Part shown: one piece after another, positions 1-13,210 of the stretch
Numbering within the stretch: the stretch's first letter is position 1
Layout: each line of letters starts with the position of its first letter
Origin: Mobula hypostoma
Lineage: Eukaryota
DNA length: 64,000 nt
NCBI RefSeq assembly: GCF_963921235.1
Contig: NC_086097.1
Span: 88,290,001-88,354,000, forward strand
Direction: 5' to 3'
The notes under the pieces: model-generated
What the model was told of the DNA's origin: nothing
What the model saw: the letters and a program-made list of their open reading frames with translations, nothing else
The model's database searches: none
Position numbers and translations under genes: made by a program

Positions 1-119
1 GTAGACACTGTCTACCTCCCACGTCGATATAGATGCAAACATTTCATTTAAGATCTCTCATGTTTTTCAGCTCTATGCATATATGATGATATTGACCTTC
101 AAGAGCACCATTCTGAAAT

Positions 120-1120
120 TTCAAAGATTCAAAAGATTCAAAAAAAACTTTGTCATTCTAACCATACATCAGCTCTGCAGGGCAGAATGAGACAGCGTTT
201 CTCAGGGGCAGTGCAATCATAACATAACAAACGCAGCACTAAATAATAAACATAACAATAAATAGTAAAACACAACAGCCACATGTCCGTTAAAATCAGT
301 TATAAGTGCCCAGTGCAAGTTAAAAGTGTCCAAAACAGAGTCAGGTGGAGCAGCTATTTAGCAGTCTGACTGCCTGTGGGAGGAAGCTGTTTAGTAGCCT
401 TGTGGTTTTAGTTTTGATGCTCCTGTAACGTTTGCCTGATGGCAGAAGAACAAACAGTTCATGCAGAGGGTGTGAGGGGTCTTTAATGATGTACCGTGTC
501 TTCTGGAGGCATTGACTCTGAAAGAGGTCTTGGACAGAAGGTAGGGAGACCCCAATAACCTTCTCTGCTCCCCTAACCACCCTCTGCAAGGCTTTTTTGT
601 CGACAGCACTGCAGCTGGAGTACCAGGTTGTGATGCAAAAGGTCAGCACACTCTCAACCACGCCTCTGTAGAATGTAGTTACGATGTTAGTGGAGAGTGA
701 TGCTTGTTTAAGCTTCCTCAGAAAGTGCAATCTCTGCTGGGCCCGTTTCACAATCCCAGTGGTGTTCCTGGACCAGGTGAGATCGTCCGAGATCTGCACC
801 CCAAGAAATTTGATGTTTTCCACTCTCTCCACTGTGGAGCCGCTGATGCTGAGGGGTGTGTGCTCAGGCTGAGACCGTCTGAAATCGACGATCATCTCCT
901 TGGTTTTGGTGACATTAAGCATCAAGTTGTTATCCCTGCACCAGCTCTCTAGGTGTTTGATCTCCTCCCTGTACATAGTTTCATCATTTTTGCTGATGAG
1001 CCCCACCACTGAGGTATCATCTGCAAATTTAATCATCAGGTTCTCCTTGAATCTGGCTGCACAGTCATGTGTTAGCAGTGTAAACAGCAATGGGCTAAGC
1101 ACACAGCCTTGTGGGGATCC
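120..1120 (-). mobile_element. Rex1/Babar-clade non-LTR retrotransposon, 5'-truncated, young
   Basis: Open RT C-terminal frame (GSPQGCVLSPLLFTLLTHDC, KFADDTSVVGLIS, WCRDNNLMLNVTKTKEMIVDFRR, LPSGKRYRSIKTKTTRLLNSFLPQAVRLLN) to stop at 341; T-rich 3' UTR ending in TTGAATCT-type tandem tail near 120-140. Confidence 0.9.
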
Positions 1121-1290
1121 ATTTGCAATCAGTTTGCTTTTAATGTAGCTATAGAAGCCCTTGGGATTCTCTTTCAACTTTTCTGCTAGAGCAACCTCAT
1201 GTCCTCTTAATTCTCCAGATTTCTCTGAAGTGTTCTCTTGCATTTCTTATACTCTTTGAATACCTCACTTGATCCTAACTGCCTGTACAC
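1121..1290 (-). mobile_element. CR1 ORF2 fragment
   Basis: Encodes RGHEVALAEKLKENPKGFYSYIKSK, matching CR1 ORF2 segments at 59513 and about 63830 in this window. Confidence 0.75.
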
Positions 1291-1584
1291 AATAATACAC
1301 CTGGAGGAACTGACAGTTTTAATATCAGAACCTAACTTGTGTAATTTTTCATTGACTTCTTCCTGTCACCAGGTTGGTTTGAACTTCTGGCCAATAGGTG
1401 ATATACTAACAACAGTCAGGGAAATATGAGAACTATGAATGAAATGGGCGAGGGCAGGGTGTTGAGTTGTAGGTATATGATATGGAGGATTGAATGATGA
1501 GAGTGTACTTCCTTGGGCTTGTTCTCCCCCTTTTGGATAAGCTTTAGCCAAAGTGAAAAATCGGCTCCATTTACCCTCTTGTAT

Positions 1585-1870
1585 TAATTGAACAGATCAT
1601 ATAGTACTGTTTAGAATTGGTGAAGGGAGTTCTCGCTCATGGATTGAATAGATCATTTGGCTCTGTTTACAGTTGGTAAGGGGACATCTCCAACATGACC
1701 TGGCCAATATTTATCCCTTAACTGCTATCCAGATGTAAACAATTGTCTCATTTATAGGACCTCTTGCAACCCTATGGCTGGGTTTTCTGCTTTATGGAAG
1801 TAACTGCACATCAATGTTCCGATGGTACCCCGAGGTTCTGGAAGCTGCTGTACAAAGATTCTTTTCATCA
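1585..1870 (+). mobile_element. Degenerate Deu-domain SINE (DeuSINE/AmnSINE1/SacSINE-like)
   Basis: CCTGGCCAATATTTATCCCT core preceded by AGATC..GGC.CTGTTT..GGGAGTTCTC-like segments; recognised from memory of the Deu domain. Confidence 0.45.
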
Positions 1871-4800
1871 ATATATCATTTCCTTTGAAACCTTTGAGAT
1901 AACTGATTATAATTTTAAAGCACTTCATAATTAGCTTGTGTTTACATGCCTTCAGATTACAAATTCTGTGCTTGTTTTCTGGCATCGAAGCACAATTAAA
2001 ATGTTTTAAATTTAGATGATCTATTCATGTTTGTTTTATTTCCAGTACCATCAATTACAAATTGAGAATACAAAATGGGACAGAAAGTACTAAGTTTCCT
2101 ACAGTTTATTTTATATTTGACCTTCTGCAAGTTAAACTTGGTGTACGTATGTTGTTGTTAGACCCAGGTGATCACATGATACCCAGAGGAAGGATCCAAG
2201 TTCTGTACACCAAATGTATTTAAATTTGGAATGTGATGGAAATGCTTCCCATCTTGGAAGAATACCACCATCATCGTAACCTGATCAGAATTCTTGTTCT
2301 CTCCACTGAGTGAGTACTTTCACAGCCCAGTGGTTTAAGAAAATGGCTCAAAACCAACTACTGAGGGATGAACAATAATCAGCCTTGCTAGTGATGCAAC
2401 ATTATTTTAATGAATAAACTATTTAAAAGTTCTGACAAATCTACTTGTGCTTGTTATATCCCATAATAACATAGGTTGGAATGAACTAAGTTCAATAAAT
2501 CTCTTAAAATTTCTTTGCAGCGTAATAAATAGATTTTCCCATATGTGTTTTGTTACAAATGTGCCAATGCATTCAGAGGATGATCTTGGTTAAAGCGTAA
2601 TAGAGCTTTGACCAATGGCCAGTCTAGACATGGGAAGTTTGAAGAGGAGGGCACTTCAATCAGGTCCACTGCTTGAGGACGAAAGGTGGCGGTAGCAGCG
2701 GGTCACGGCAAAGCAATAGAGCTTTGATAAAGCAAACAGTCAGCATTTGGGATTGATTAGTAAGAGCAAATTAAAGGAAGGCGGGACAAATGCACTGGCC
2801 ATCATCTGAGAGAACAGAGAGTGACGATCTTGGGACTTTATCTCTTTGAGGCTTCAGAGGAGAGAGGCTTCACTCAGAGAAAACAAAGGAAAGAAAAGCT
2901 CAAGTTTTTTTTTGTTCTCTTCATATCTGCTCAGCTGGGAACAGAAGGGATGACAGACGGGATAGTGAAATGCTTCTCTTACGGGATGTGGGCAGGCAGG
3001 GAGACCTCCAGTGTTCCTGATGGCTACAACTGCGAGAAGTGAATCCAGCTGCAGCTTCTAACAAACTGTGTTAAGGAGCTGGAGCTGGAACTGGATGAAC
3101 TCTGGATCATTCGGGAGGCTGAAGTGATGGATATGACATATTGAGAGGTAATTACACCCAAGGTGCAGGATACAGGAAACTGGGTGATAATTGGGAAGGG
3201 AGGAGGGTTAAGGAGCCAGTGCAGAATGCCTGTGGCCACCCCCCCTCCCCCTGGCCAGAACTGGCCTATTACTTTGGATACTGATGGGGAGGATGACCCA
3301 ACAGAGGACAGTCATAGTGGTCTGGTCTCTGGCATTGAGTCTGCCTCTGAGTGTTAGAATGGAAGGGAGGAGAAGAGGCACACTGTGCTGATAGGGGATT
3401 CGTTATCTAGGGGAATAGACAGAAGATTCTGTGGGCGAGAACAAGATACCCCAATGGCATGTTGCCTCCTGGGTGTCAGGGTCTGGATATCTCTGATCGA
3501 GTCCTCAGCATTCTTAAGTGGAAGGGTGAACAGCCAGAAGTTGTGGTCTATGTAGGTACTTATAACATGGGTAGGATGAGTGACAACGTTCTGCATGGGT
3601 ATTTCAGGGAGTTAGGTACTAACTTAAAGGGTAAGACCTCCAGGGTTGTGATCTCAGGATTGCTACCCGTGCCACATGCTAGTGAGGCCAGAGCTAGGAA
3701 AATTGTACAGTTTAATTTGTGGCTAAGGAGTTGATGTAGGACGGAGGGCATAAGATGTTTGGATCATTGGGCTCCCTTCCAGGGAAGTTGGGACCTGTAC
3801 AGAAGGGATGGTTTGCACCTGAACTAGAGAGGGACTAATATCCTAGCAGGAAAGTTTGTTAATGCTTTGTTGTATCTGAATGCGTGCAGTATAACGGAAT
3901 AAGGTAAATGAACTTGTAGTACAGTTGCAGATTGACAGGTATGATGTATGCATCACTGAATCATGGCTGAAAGATTATAGCTGGGAGCTTAATGTCCGAG
4001 GATGTACATTGTATCTAAAGGATAGACAGGAGATAGAGGGGCCAGCGTTGCTCTGTTGGTTTGGGAAAAAAAATGAAATCATATCATAGAGTCAGAAGGT
4101 GTTGAACCATTGTAGATAGAGCTAAGGAACTGCAAGGGTAAAAAGACCTGATGGGAGTTGAATACAACCCCCCCCCCCCCCGCCAACAGTACTAAGGGTG
4201 TGGCCTACAAATTACAATGGGAGTTCAAAAATGCATGCCAAAAGGGCAATGTTATAATAGTCATGGGGGAATTCAATATGCAGATAGATTGGGAAAATTG
4301 GGTTGGTGCTGGATTCCAGGAGATGGAATTACCAGAATGCCTCCAAGATGGCTTTTTAGAGCAGTCACGGTTGAACCCACTAGGGGATCAGCTATTCTGG
4401 ATTGGATGTTGTGCAATGAACCAGAATTGATTAGAGAGCTTAAAGTAAAAGAACCCTTAGTGGAAAGTATCATAATATGATCTAATTCACCCTGTAATTT
4501 GAGTAGGAGAAGCTAAAGTCAGTTGTATTAGTATTACAGTGGAGAAAAGGGGATTAGAGGCATGAGAGAGGAGTTGGCCAGAATTGACTGGAAAAGGACA
4601 CTGGCGGGGATGATGGCAGAATGGCAATGGATGGAATTTCTGGGAGCAATTCGGAAGGCACAGGATATATACATCCTAAAGAAAGAAATATTCTTAAGGA
4701 AAGATGACACAACCGTGGCTAGCAGGAGAAGTCAAAGCCAACATAAAAGCCAAAGAGAGAGCATATAATAGAGCAAATATTAGTGGGGAAATTAGAGGCT

Positions 4801-5041
4801 TGGAAAGCTTTTAAAAACCAACAGAAGGCAACTAAAAAAGCCTTGAAACAGGTAAAGATGGAATGCGAAAGTAAGCAAACCAATAATATTAAAGAGGATA
4901 CCAAAAGTTTCTTCAGATACATAGTTTAAAAGAGGGTTGAGAGTGGATATCAGTCCACTGGAAAACTATGCTGGAGAGGTAATGGGGGACAATTAAATGG
5001 CAGACAAGTTGAATAAGAATTTTGCATCAGACTTCACTGTG

Positions 5042-5438
5042 TTCATCAGGTAGATGGAGCTTGTCAGCCTGGGAAGGCAGTCCATCTAAAAGAGGAAAAA
5101 CTCTGATTTCAAACCTCTGCTGCCTTGCGGCCATACCCACTTATGGGGAAAGGCTTTGGGAGTAAACTCTGAGGACAAATCCGGAGCGGGACTCCCTAAG
5201 GCGGTCCGATGTTGCTTTCAACCTCGACCTGGCAACTCCTGCGATGTCACTGGTGCCAAGCTGTATTGGCCCTTGCCCTTCCCTTGGACAATATTGGTGG
5301 CATGGAGAAGGGAGACTTGCTGCTTGGGCAACTGCCAGTCTTCAATATAACCTTGCCCAGGCCTGCACCCTGGAGAAACTGAAGCAAGACTTTCCAGGTG
5401 CAGATCCATGGTCACACGAGACTAACGGATGCCATTCA
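5042..5438 (+). mobile_element. Short non-autonomous RTE-derived retroposon
   Basis: 8-bp TSD TCACTGTG (5034-5041 and 5439-5446) splits the CR1 ORF2; RTE 5'-UTR-like motif GGAAAAACTCTGATTTCAAACC and RTE 3'-end-like CCATGGTC..CGAGACTAACGGATGCC; no coding remnant. Confidence 0.7.
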
Positions 5439-6857
5439 TCACTGTGGAAGACACTAGCAGTATGGTAGAAGTTCTAGGTGTCAGGGGCATGAAATGTGGA
5501 AGTTAGCATAATTAGAGAGAAGTTTCTTGGGAAATTGAAAGCTTTGAATGTAGGTAATTCACCTGGACCAGATGATTACACCTCAGTGTTCGGAAAGAGA
5601 TGGCTGAAGAGATCATGAAGGCATTAGTTAGTAATGATCTTTCAAGAATCGCTAGATTCTGGAATGGTTCCGAAAGACTGGAAATTTGCAAACGTCACTC
5701 CAGAAGGGAGGGAGGCAATAGAAAAGAAACTATAGGTTAGTTAGTCTGATCTCAGTGGTTGGGGAGGTGTTGGAGTTGATTATTAAGGATGAGGTTACAA
5801 GGTGCTTGGAGGCACATGATAAAATAGGCTATGGTCAGCATAGCTTCCTCAAGAGAAAATATTGCCTGACAAATCTGTTTGAATTCTTTGAAGAAATAAC
5901 TGGCAGGGTAGACAAAAGAGAATTGGTTGATGTTGTGTTCTTGGGTTTTCAGAAGGCCTTTGACAAGGCTGCTTAACGAGCTATGAGCTCATGGTATTAC
6001 AGGGGCCTTTTCTGGTTGGCTGCCAGTGACTAGTGTTCCACAGGTGTCTATGTTGGGACCGATTCTTTTTGTAAAATGTCAATGATTTGGATGATGGAAT
6101 TGATGGTTTTGTTGAAACGTTTGCAGACAGTATGAAGATGGGTGTAAGGGCAGGTAGTTTTGAGCAAATAGGCTACAGAAGGACTTAGACAGATTAGTAG
6201 AATGAGCAAAGAAATGGCAGATGGATAGTGTTAGGATGTGTATAGTCATGCACTTTGGTAGAAGAAATGAAAGGGTTGACTGTTTTCTAAGTGGAGAGAA
6301 AATACAAAAAACTAAGGTGCAAAGGGACTTGGGAGTCCTTGTGCAGGATTTCCTAAAGGTTAATTTGAAGGTTGAGTCTGTGGTGAGGAAGCAAATGCAA
6401 TGTCAGCATTCATTTCAAGAGGACTAGAATATAAAAGCAAGGATATAATGTTGAAACTTTATAAAGCACTGGTGAGGCATCACTTGGAGTATTGTGAACA
6501 GGTTTGAGCACCTTATCTTAGAAAGGATGTGCTGAAACTAGAGAAGGTTCAAAGGAGATTCTTGAAAGTGATTCCAGGATGGAATGGCTCGTCATATAAA
6601 GAGTGTTTGACTCTGGGCCTATATTCACTAGTATTCAGAAGAATGAGTGGTGACCTCATTGAAACCTATTGAATGATGAAGGCCTTGAGAAAGTGGACAT
6701 AGAGAGGATATTTCCTATGGTGCAAGAGTCTAAGACCAGAAGACACAGCCTCAGAATAGAAGAGCGTCCTTTTACAATGGAGATGAGGAGGAATTTCTTT
6801 AACCAGAGAGCAATGAATCTGTGGAATTTTTTGCCACAGGCAGCTGTGGAGTCCAAA

Positions 6858-7468
6858 TGTTTAGTCCCCTTTTATTGTCATTTAGTAATGCATGCATTAA
6901 GAAATGATACATTTTTCCTCCGGTGTGATATCACAAAAACACAGGACAAACCAAGACTGAAAAAAACTGACAAAACCACATAATTATACATATAGTTACA
7001 ACAGTGCAACAATACCATAACTTGATGAAGAAGTCCATGAGCACAGTAAAGTTCAAAGTTTCTCAAATGTCCCACATCTCACGCAGACGGGAGAAGGAAG
7101 GAAGAAAAACTCTCCCTGCCATGCTGACCACAGTCCAACTCTGAGTCATCCGAGAACTTTGAGCTGTGATCAGCTGTCCAACACCGAGTACTGAGCCCCA
7201 TCTCTGTCTGAACGACTTGACCTCTTTCTCGGTCGCCAAAAGCAGGCAAGGCCGGGGATTTTGAGGCCTACCCTCCGAAAGATTCCCGAACACACAGTAA
7301 TGACAGCAGCGGACGGGTGTTTCAGAAATTTTTCCAGATGTTCCTCTGTGCTTTCAAGTCTGTCTCCATCAAATCAGAAATCATCCACGGCCCCTATTTA
7401 ACAGATACGACATCATTTTTCACCGGAGAGCTGCGCATGCGCGGTGCGCTGCCATTTTCTCCTCCCGC
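6858..7468 (-). mobile_element. Non-autonomous retroposon with GC-rich head and Rex1/L2-type 3' tail
   Basis: Interrupts the CR1 3' end; on minus begins GCGGGAGGAGAAAATGGCAGCG and ends TGACAATAAAAAGGGGAC, resembling Rex1-type tails in the window; no ORF. Confidence 0.6.
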
Positions 7469-9106
7469 AGAGTTGAGATGTTATGTATATTTAAGGCAGA
7501 GGTTAATAGATTCTTGATTGGTCAGAGCATGATGCGATATGAGGAGAAGGCAGGAGATTGGGGCTGAGAGTAAAATTGGATCTGCTATAATAAAATGTTG
7601 GAGCAGACCTGATGGGCCAAATGGCCTAATTCTGTTGCTATATGTTATGGTCTTGATTTTATTAATGCAGTAAAGTTCTCCATATATATTATTCTTTTCT
7701 TACAGCAAAAACTAATAAAATAAATCCAGTTATGGAAGTATAGTGGGTAGTCAGTTTTTGGACAGTCAGAAATGCTCCCTTTATTATTAATACCTTGAAG
7801 TGAAACCTCCCTCAAAACATCTGGAAGGTTCAGGGTTGTAGAGTATGATCTGCAGCGTTGAGATTAGAACAATCCAATCATTGTTAAATGGTGGATGTGC
7901 ATTCCGTAATGTTGAATAGCCAAGGAACAGTTGTGTAAAAACATTATAGTGGGTATGGAGGGAAATGCTTTTGTCAAAGGTTTGAATTAACAAGGCCTTA
8001 ATGGGGTTCATTGGTGTCCTTTGGATGCCTGGCATACAACTCCTAATGTAATGCCTGTTTATTCCTAGAAGCACAAGGCATCCCAGTGCGTTGTTCAATG
8101 TTGACATGATAGTTTGTTGCTTTGTACAAATGATTAAACTGAGTTACCATTATTGCCAATGTTACCGTACGTTAAAGATGGGGATAGAACATTAGTCTAC
8201 CACTTCTGGGCCTTAGATATATACATAATGTCAACGAAATAGGCTGAAGCTCTTTGTCCCATTTCAAATCTTGATTCTGTGATCGATTGTGATAAATTTT
8301 AATGTGAAATACTCCTCAGAACTCATCAGCTTTCTTCATTTGGCAATTTATAAAACCATTTAATTTTTGTGGGAATTTGAGATCATTTGAGTTATTAGGC
8401 ACTGGGCAAAGGCCGATTTTAATAAAAAAAAATTGGGTTTAAGCAAAGTAGCTATTGTGGGAGAGGCCATTGTTGGAGTGGACTAGGCTTAGAGTGGGGA
8501 GCTGATGCTTTGGCTCAAGAGGCTTCGGTGAGAAAAGGCGGAGGTTATCTCAAGTTTCTGCTAACTTTCCTGTTGCACAGTTAGAGCAGCGGAAATGGCT
8601 GTCAGGACAGTTGAATGCTCCTCTTGTGGAATGTGGAAAGACAGGGTGATCTCAAGTGTCCCTGATGACTACATCTGCAAGAAAATACATCCAGTTGCAG
8701 CAGCTTACAGACCACATTGGGAAACTGAGCTGGATGACCTTCAGCTCATTAGGAAATGGACAGGAAGTAGTTGCACCTAAAACACAGGCACAGATAACTG
8801 CATGACTGACAGGAGAGGGAAAGGGGGATAGGCAGCATTGCGGGTCCCACTGTGGCCATTCCCTTCAATACAAAATATTGTTTTGGATTCTGCAGGGAGG
8901 ATGACCTAGCAGAGGAAACCCACAGCAGTCAGGTCTCTGGCACGGAGTCTGGCTCTGTGACTCAAAAGTGAAAGGGAAAGAGGAAGTGAGCAGTTGTGAT
9001 AGGGGATTCATTGGTTAGAGGAACAGATAGGAGTTTCTGTGGATAAAAATGAGATTTCCAGATGGTATATTGATCCTGAAGTGTCAGGGTCAGAGATACC
9101 TTGGAT

Positions 9107-9156
9107 CGGAGTTCCTAACCTGGGGTCCGTGGCATAAAAAAGGCAGGGAACCCTTG
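9107..9156. mobile_element. Tiny hAT/Charlie-type MITE
   Basis: Imperfect TIRs CGGAGTTCCTAACC / GGCAGGGAACCCTTG; same family as 48807-48885 and 28617-28690. Confidence 0.55.
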
Positions 9157-9715
9157 TTTCTGATTAAGTCTGTAGCATTCTTAAGCAGCTAGAGGTTGTG
9201 GTCCACGTCGATACGAATGACATAGGCAGGAAGGAAGATGAGGACCTGCGAAGTGATTTCAGGGAGTTAGGTACTATGTTGAAGGACAAGGAGGTGAATT
9301 CAGGATTGCTACCCACGCCACATATTAGTGAAGCTAGAAGTGGGAAAATAAGAGTTTAACACATTGCTAAGGAGATGGTGCAGGAGGAAAGACTTCAGAT
9401 TTTTGAATCATTGGGCTCTCTTGCAGAGAGAGTAGGACCGAAACGAATGGGATGTGTTGCACCTAAGCTGGAGGTGGACCGATGTCCTTGTGGGAAGATG
9501 TGCTACAACTGCTCTGATCTGGAGGGTTTGAACTCGAGTTGCAGGGGGATGGGAACTAGAGTGCCAGGGAGTTAGTGGAGCGATTCTGGGGAAGATGTTA
9601 AGCATACAAACAATAACAGGAACTGAAACATTGAGCATGGTGGGACAACTGTTCTGTGCACGGTTTCAATGCACGGCTTATTGTCAGTAAGGCAGATCAG
9701 CATAGAACATGGATC

Positions 9716-10205
9716 AAGAGTCAAGATTATTTAAAGTAATTTCCTGTACACAAGAACAAAGAAGAACAAAGTAATTGTTACTTTGGATCTAATGCAACAC
9801 AAAAAATACACAAGATAAACAAACAGAAAAAATAATAAAAACACTATAAATACATAAGATAATTTGTATACATTGATTGTATGTCCATAAAGTAATGCAA
9901 GACTGTACATAAGGCTGGCAAGAAATAATAATGTAGTGGTGGAGTCTGTGAGAGGAGGTGTTGATCAGCCTTACTGCTTGGGGAAAGTAATTGCTTTTCA
10001 GTCTGGTTGTCCTGGCATGGATGCTATGTAGCCTAATCCCTGATGGGAGTGGAACAAACAGTCCATCAACAGGGTGTGTGGGATCCTTCATGATGTTGCG
10101 AGCCCTTTTCTGGCCCCTTCCTTTATGTATGTGTGTGTGTGTATATAAAAAATCCTTGATGGTGCTGGTGATGCAACTGGGCAGTTTTGTCTACCTATTG
10201 TAGAT
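9716..10205 (-). mobile_element. Rex1/Babar 3' fragment nested in CR1
   Basis: KDPTHPVDGLFVPLPSGIRLHSIHARTTRLKSNYFPQAVRLIN plus T-rich 3' UTR with TCTTGA tail. Confidence 0.85.
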
Positions 10206-11614
10206 CAATACATGGAATTATATTTTGTAGTCATTAGTGAAATGATTGCAGGAGGGGCAGGATTGGTAGCTGAATGTTATGGGCTTCTGTAGTTTTAGAT
10301 GGAATAGAGGGAGAGCTATTAAAAGAGGAGGGGTAGCAATGCTCATCAGGGAAATTGTTTTGGCAGTGTTCAGACAGGGAAGACTGGAGGACTCATCTAC
10401 TGGGTCTATGAAGGTGGAACTGATGAATAGGAAAGGGATGAATTTATTAATTGGATTATATGACATTATTTTATAGACTTCCCAATAGTAGGATTCAGAG
10501 GAGCAAATTTGTAGAGAGATGACAGATAGTTCAAAGAAAATTAAAGTTGTGATAGTTGGTAATTTTAACTATCCGCATATCGACAGGGACTGCTGCATGT
10601 TAAAATGAGTCGATGGGATAGAGCTTGTCAAATGTTTAGGAATGTTTCCTTAATCAGTACATCAAGGTCCCAACTAGAGAGTGCATGAGACTGGATCTCC
10701 TATTAGGGAATGAGGCAGGGAAGGTGACAGGATGTGTGTAGAGGAAGATGGTTTCAAGATAGTTATGGTGAAGGACAGGACTGGTCCTTTGGTTAAGATT
10801 CTAAATTAGAGAAAGGCAAATATTGATGTCATCAGAAAGTATCTGACAGACGTGAATTGGGAGTGTTTGTTTTCTGGCAAAGGGATGCTTGGGAAGTGGA
10901 ATGCCTACAAAAGTGAAATATCGAGTGTACAGAGTTGATATGTTCCTGTTATACATCAGAATAAAAGGAAGGGCTAACAGATTTATGACATCTTGATTTT
11001 CAAGGGATATTGAGGCCATGGTTATGAAGAAAAAGGTAGGTGTAAACATCAAGGAACAAATCAGGCTCTTGAGTATAAGAAATGCAAGAGAACACTTATG
11101 GAAAATCAGGAGGGCTAAAAAAATGATTAAGTTCCTCTGGCAGACAAGGTGAAGGAGAATCCCATAGGCTTCTACAGAAATATTAAGAGCAAAAGGCTAG
11201 CAAGGGGGAAAAAATGGTCTGCTTGAAGATGTGTATTGGATTGTGATCTTCTATGCATGGAGCCAAAAGAGATGAGTGGGATTTAAAATGGATTTTTTGG
11301 CATCTATATTTACTTGGGAGATGAGCATGGAGTCCATAGAACTGAGGCAAAGGATGAGTGAGGTCTTAAAAATGTAGTGTGGACTGTTTCAGGAATACAG
11401 AACAGGTGGTTTTTGCTTTGTTGAGGAAAAGTCCCCAAGGCCTGACAAGGTCCCCTATATGGGAAGCTTTGCAGAAATTACATGTCCTTAGAATAAAATG
11501 TTCTCAGCCACAGGTGAGGTGTTAGATGACTGGATATAGTAAATGTTCCATTATTCAAAAACAGGCTCTAAGAACAAGCCGGGAAATTGTAGGCTGGTGA
11601 GCCTGATGTTGGTA

Positions 11615-13210
11615 AAATCTGAATGAGAAACAGGTTTAATGTCAGTGACATTATGTTGTGAGATTTGTTGTTCTGCAGCAGCAGTATGGTGCAATACAAA
11701 TCTTTAAAAAACTGTAAATTGCAATGAGAAATGTCTATTTAAATTAAAAGAGAGCAAAAAAAAAGTGAGATCGTGTACATGGATGCAGAGGGGAAGAAGC
11801 TGTTCCCAAAACATTGACAGAGTCTTTAGGCGTGGAGGCGATTGCCCATGATGGAGCTGGTTGGGTTTAGAAATCTCTGCGATTTTTCTGATCCTGTGCA
11901 GTGGCCCATCCATACCAGGTGGTGATGCAACCAGTTAGAACGCTCTTCACAGTACCTAGAAACATAGAAAACCTACTGCACAATACAGGCCCCTCAGCCC
12001 ACAAAGTTGTGCCGAACACGTCCCTACCTTAGAAATTACTAGGCTTCCCTATAGCCCTCTATATTTTTCTAAGCTCCATGTACCTATTCAAAAGTCTCTT
12101 AAAAGACCCTATTGTATCCGTCTCCACCACCGTTGCCAGCAGCCCATTTTTCTGAGTAAAAAAATTTACCGCTGACATCTCCTCTGTACCTTCTCCCCAG
12201 CACCTTAAACCTGTGTCCGCTTGCGGCAACCATTTCAGCCCTGGGAAAAAGCCTCTGACGATCCACACGATCAATGCCTCTCATCATCTTATACACCTCT
12301 ATCAGGTCACCTCTCATCCTACGTCACTCCAAGGAGAAAAGGCCAACTTCACTCAATCTATTCTCATAAGGTATGCTCCCCAATCCAGGCAACATCCTTG
12401 TAAATCTCCTATGTACCCTTTCTATGGTTTCCACATCCTTCCTGTAGTGAGGTGACCAGAACTGAGCACAGTAGCCCAAGTGGGGTCTGACCAGATATAT
12501 AGTTGCAACATTACCTCTCGGCTCCGAAATTCAATTCCCGATTGATGAAGGCCAAAACACCGTATGCCCTTTTAACCACAGAGTCAACCTGCGCAGCTGC
12601 TTTGAGCGTCCTATGGACTCGAACCCCAAGATCCCTCTGATCCTCCACACTGCCAAGAGTCTTACCATTAACAGTATACTCTGCCATCCTATTTGACCTA
12701 CCAAAATGAACCACTTCACACTTATCCGGGTTGAACTCCATCTGCCACAGATGGTACATCTGTAGAAATTTGCTAGTGTCTTTGGTGACATACCAATTCT
12801 CCTCAAACTCATGAAATATACTGCAGACATGCCTCTTTCATAATTGCATCAATATTTTGGGGCCCAGGATAGATCTTCAGAGATGTTGACACACCAGAAC
12901 TTGAAACTGCTCACCCTTTCCACTGCTGATCCCTTGACTTTCCCTTCCTGATGTCCACAATCAATTCCTTGGTCTTAATGATGTTGAGTGCAAGGCTGCT
13001 GTTGCAACAGCACTCAACCAGCTGATCTCTCTCACTCCTTGTCACCATCTGAAGTTCTGCCAGTGATAGTTGTCTTCAGCCGATTTATGACTGGTATTTG
13101 AGCTGTGCCTGGCCTTACAGTCATGGGTGTAAGAGAGTAGAGCAGTGAGCTAAGCACGCGTCCTTCAGGTGCACTGGTGTTGATTGTCCGCAAGGAGGAG
13201 TCTGTTCGTG
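11615..13210 (-). mobile_element. Rex1/Babar RT fragment split by a CR1 insertion
   Basis: RT remnants GAPEGRVLSSLLYS, NLALNIIKTKELIVD, MSPKTLANFYRCT on either side of 11957-12750. Confidence 0.75.
11957..12750 (-). mobile_element. CR1 3' fragment
   Basis: WQMEFNPDKCEVVHFG, RGDLIEVYKMMRG; CR1 tail TTTCTATGTTTCT at about 11957-11970. Confidence 0.9.

Larger units (their letters stand above)
2590..7654 (+). mobile_element. Near full-length degraded CR1 LINE (5' UTR, ORF1 zinc finger/esterase, ORF2 EN+RT, 3' tail) with two nested insertions
   Basis: ORF1 remnants CFSYGMW..NCEK, VLIGDS, VYVGT, VVISGLLPVP, DGLHLN; ORF2 remnants IIVMGEFN, PTRGSAILDW, QHSFLKRKYCLTNLFEFFEE, FQKAFDK, LWNFLPQ; GATGGGCCAAATGGCCT 3' stem near 7610; many stops and frameshifts. 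Confidence 0.9.
8430..11610 (+). mobile_element. Degraded CR1 LINE (ORF1 and 5' part of ORF2)
   Basis: MAVRTVECSSCGMW..DYICKK zinc finger, VIGDS, VVVHVDTND; EN remnants RGGVAMLIR, VIVGNFNYP; linker KVKENPIGFYR. Confidence 0.85.
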
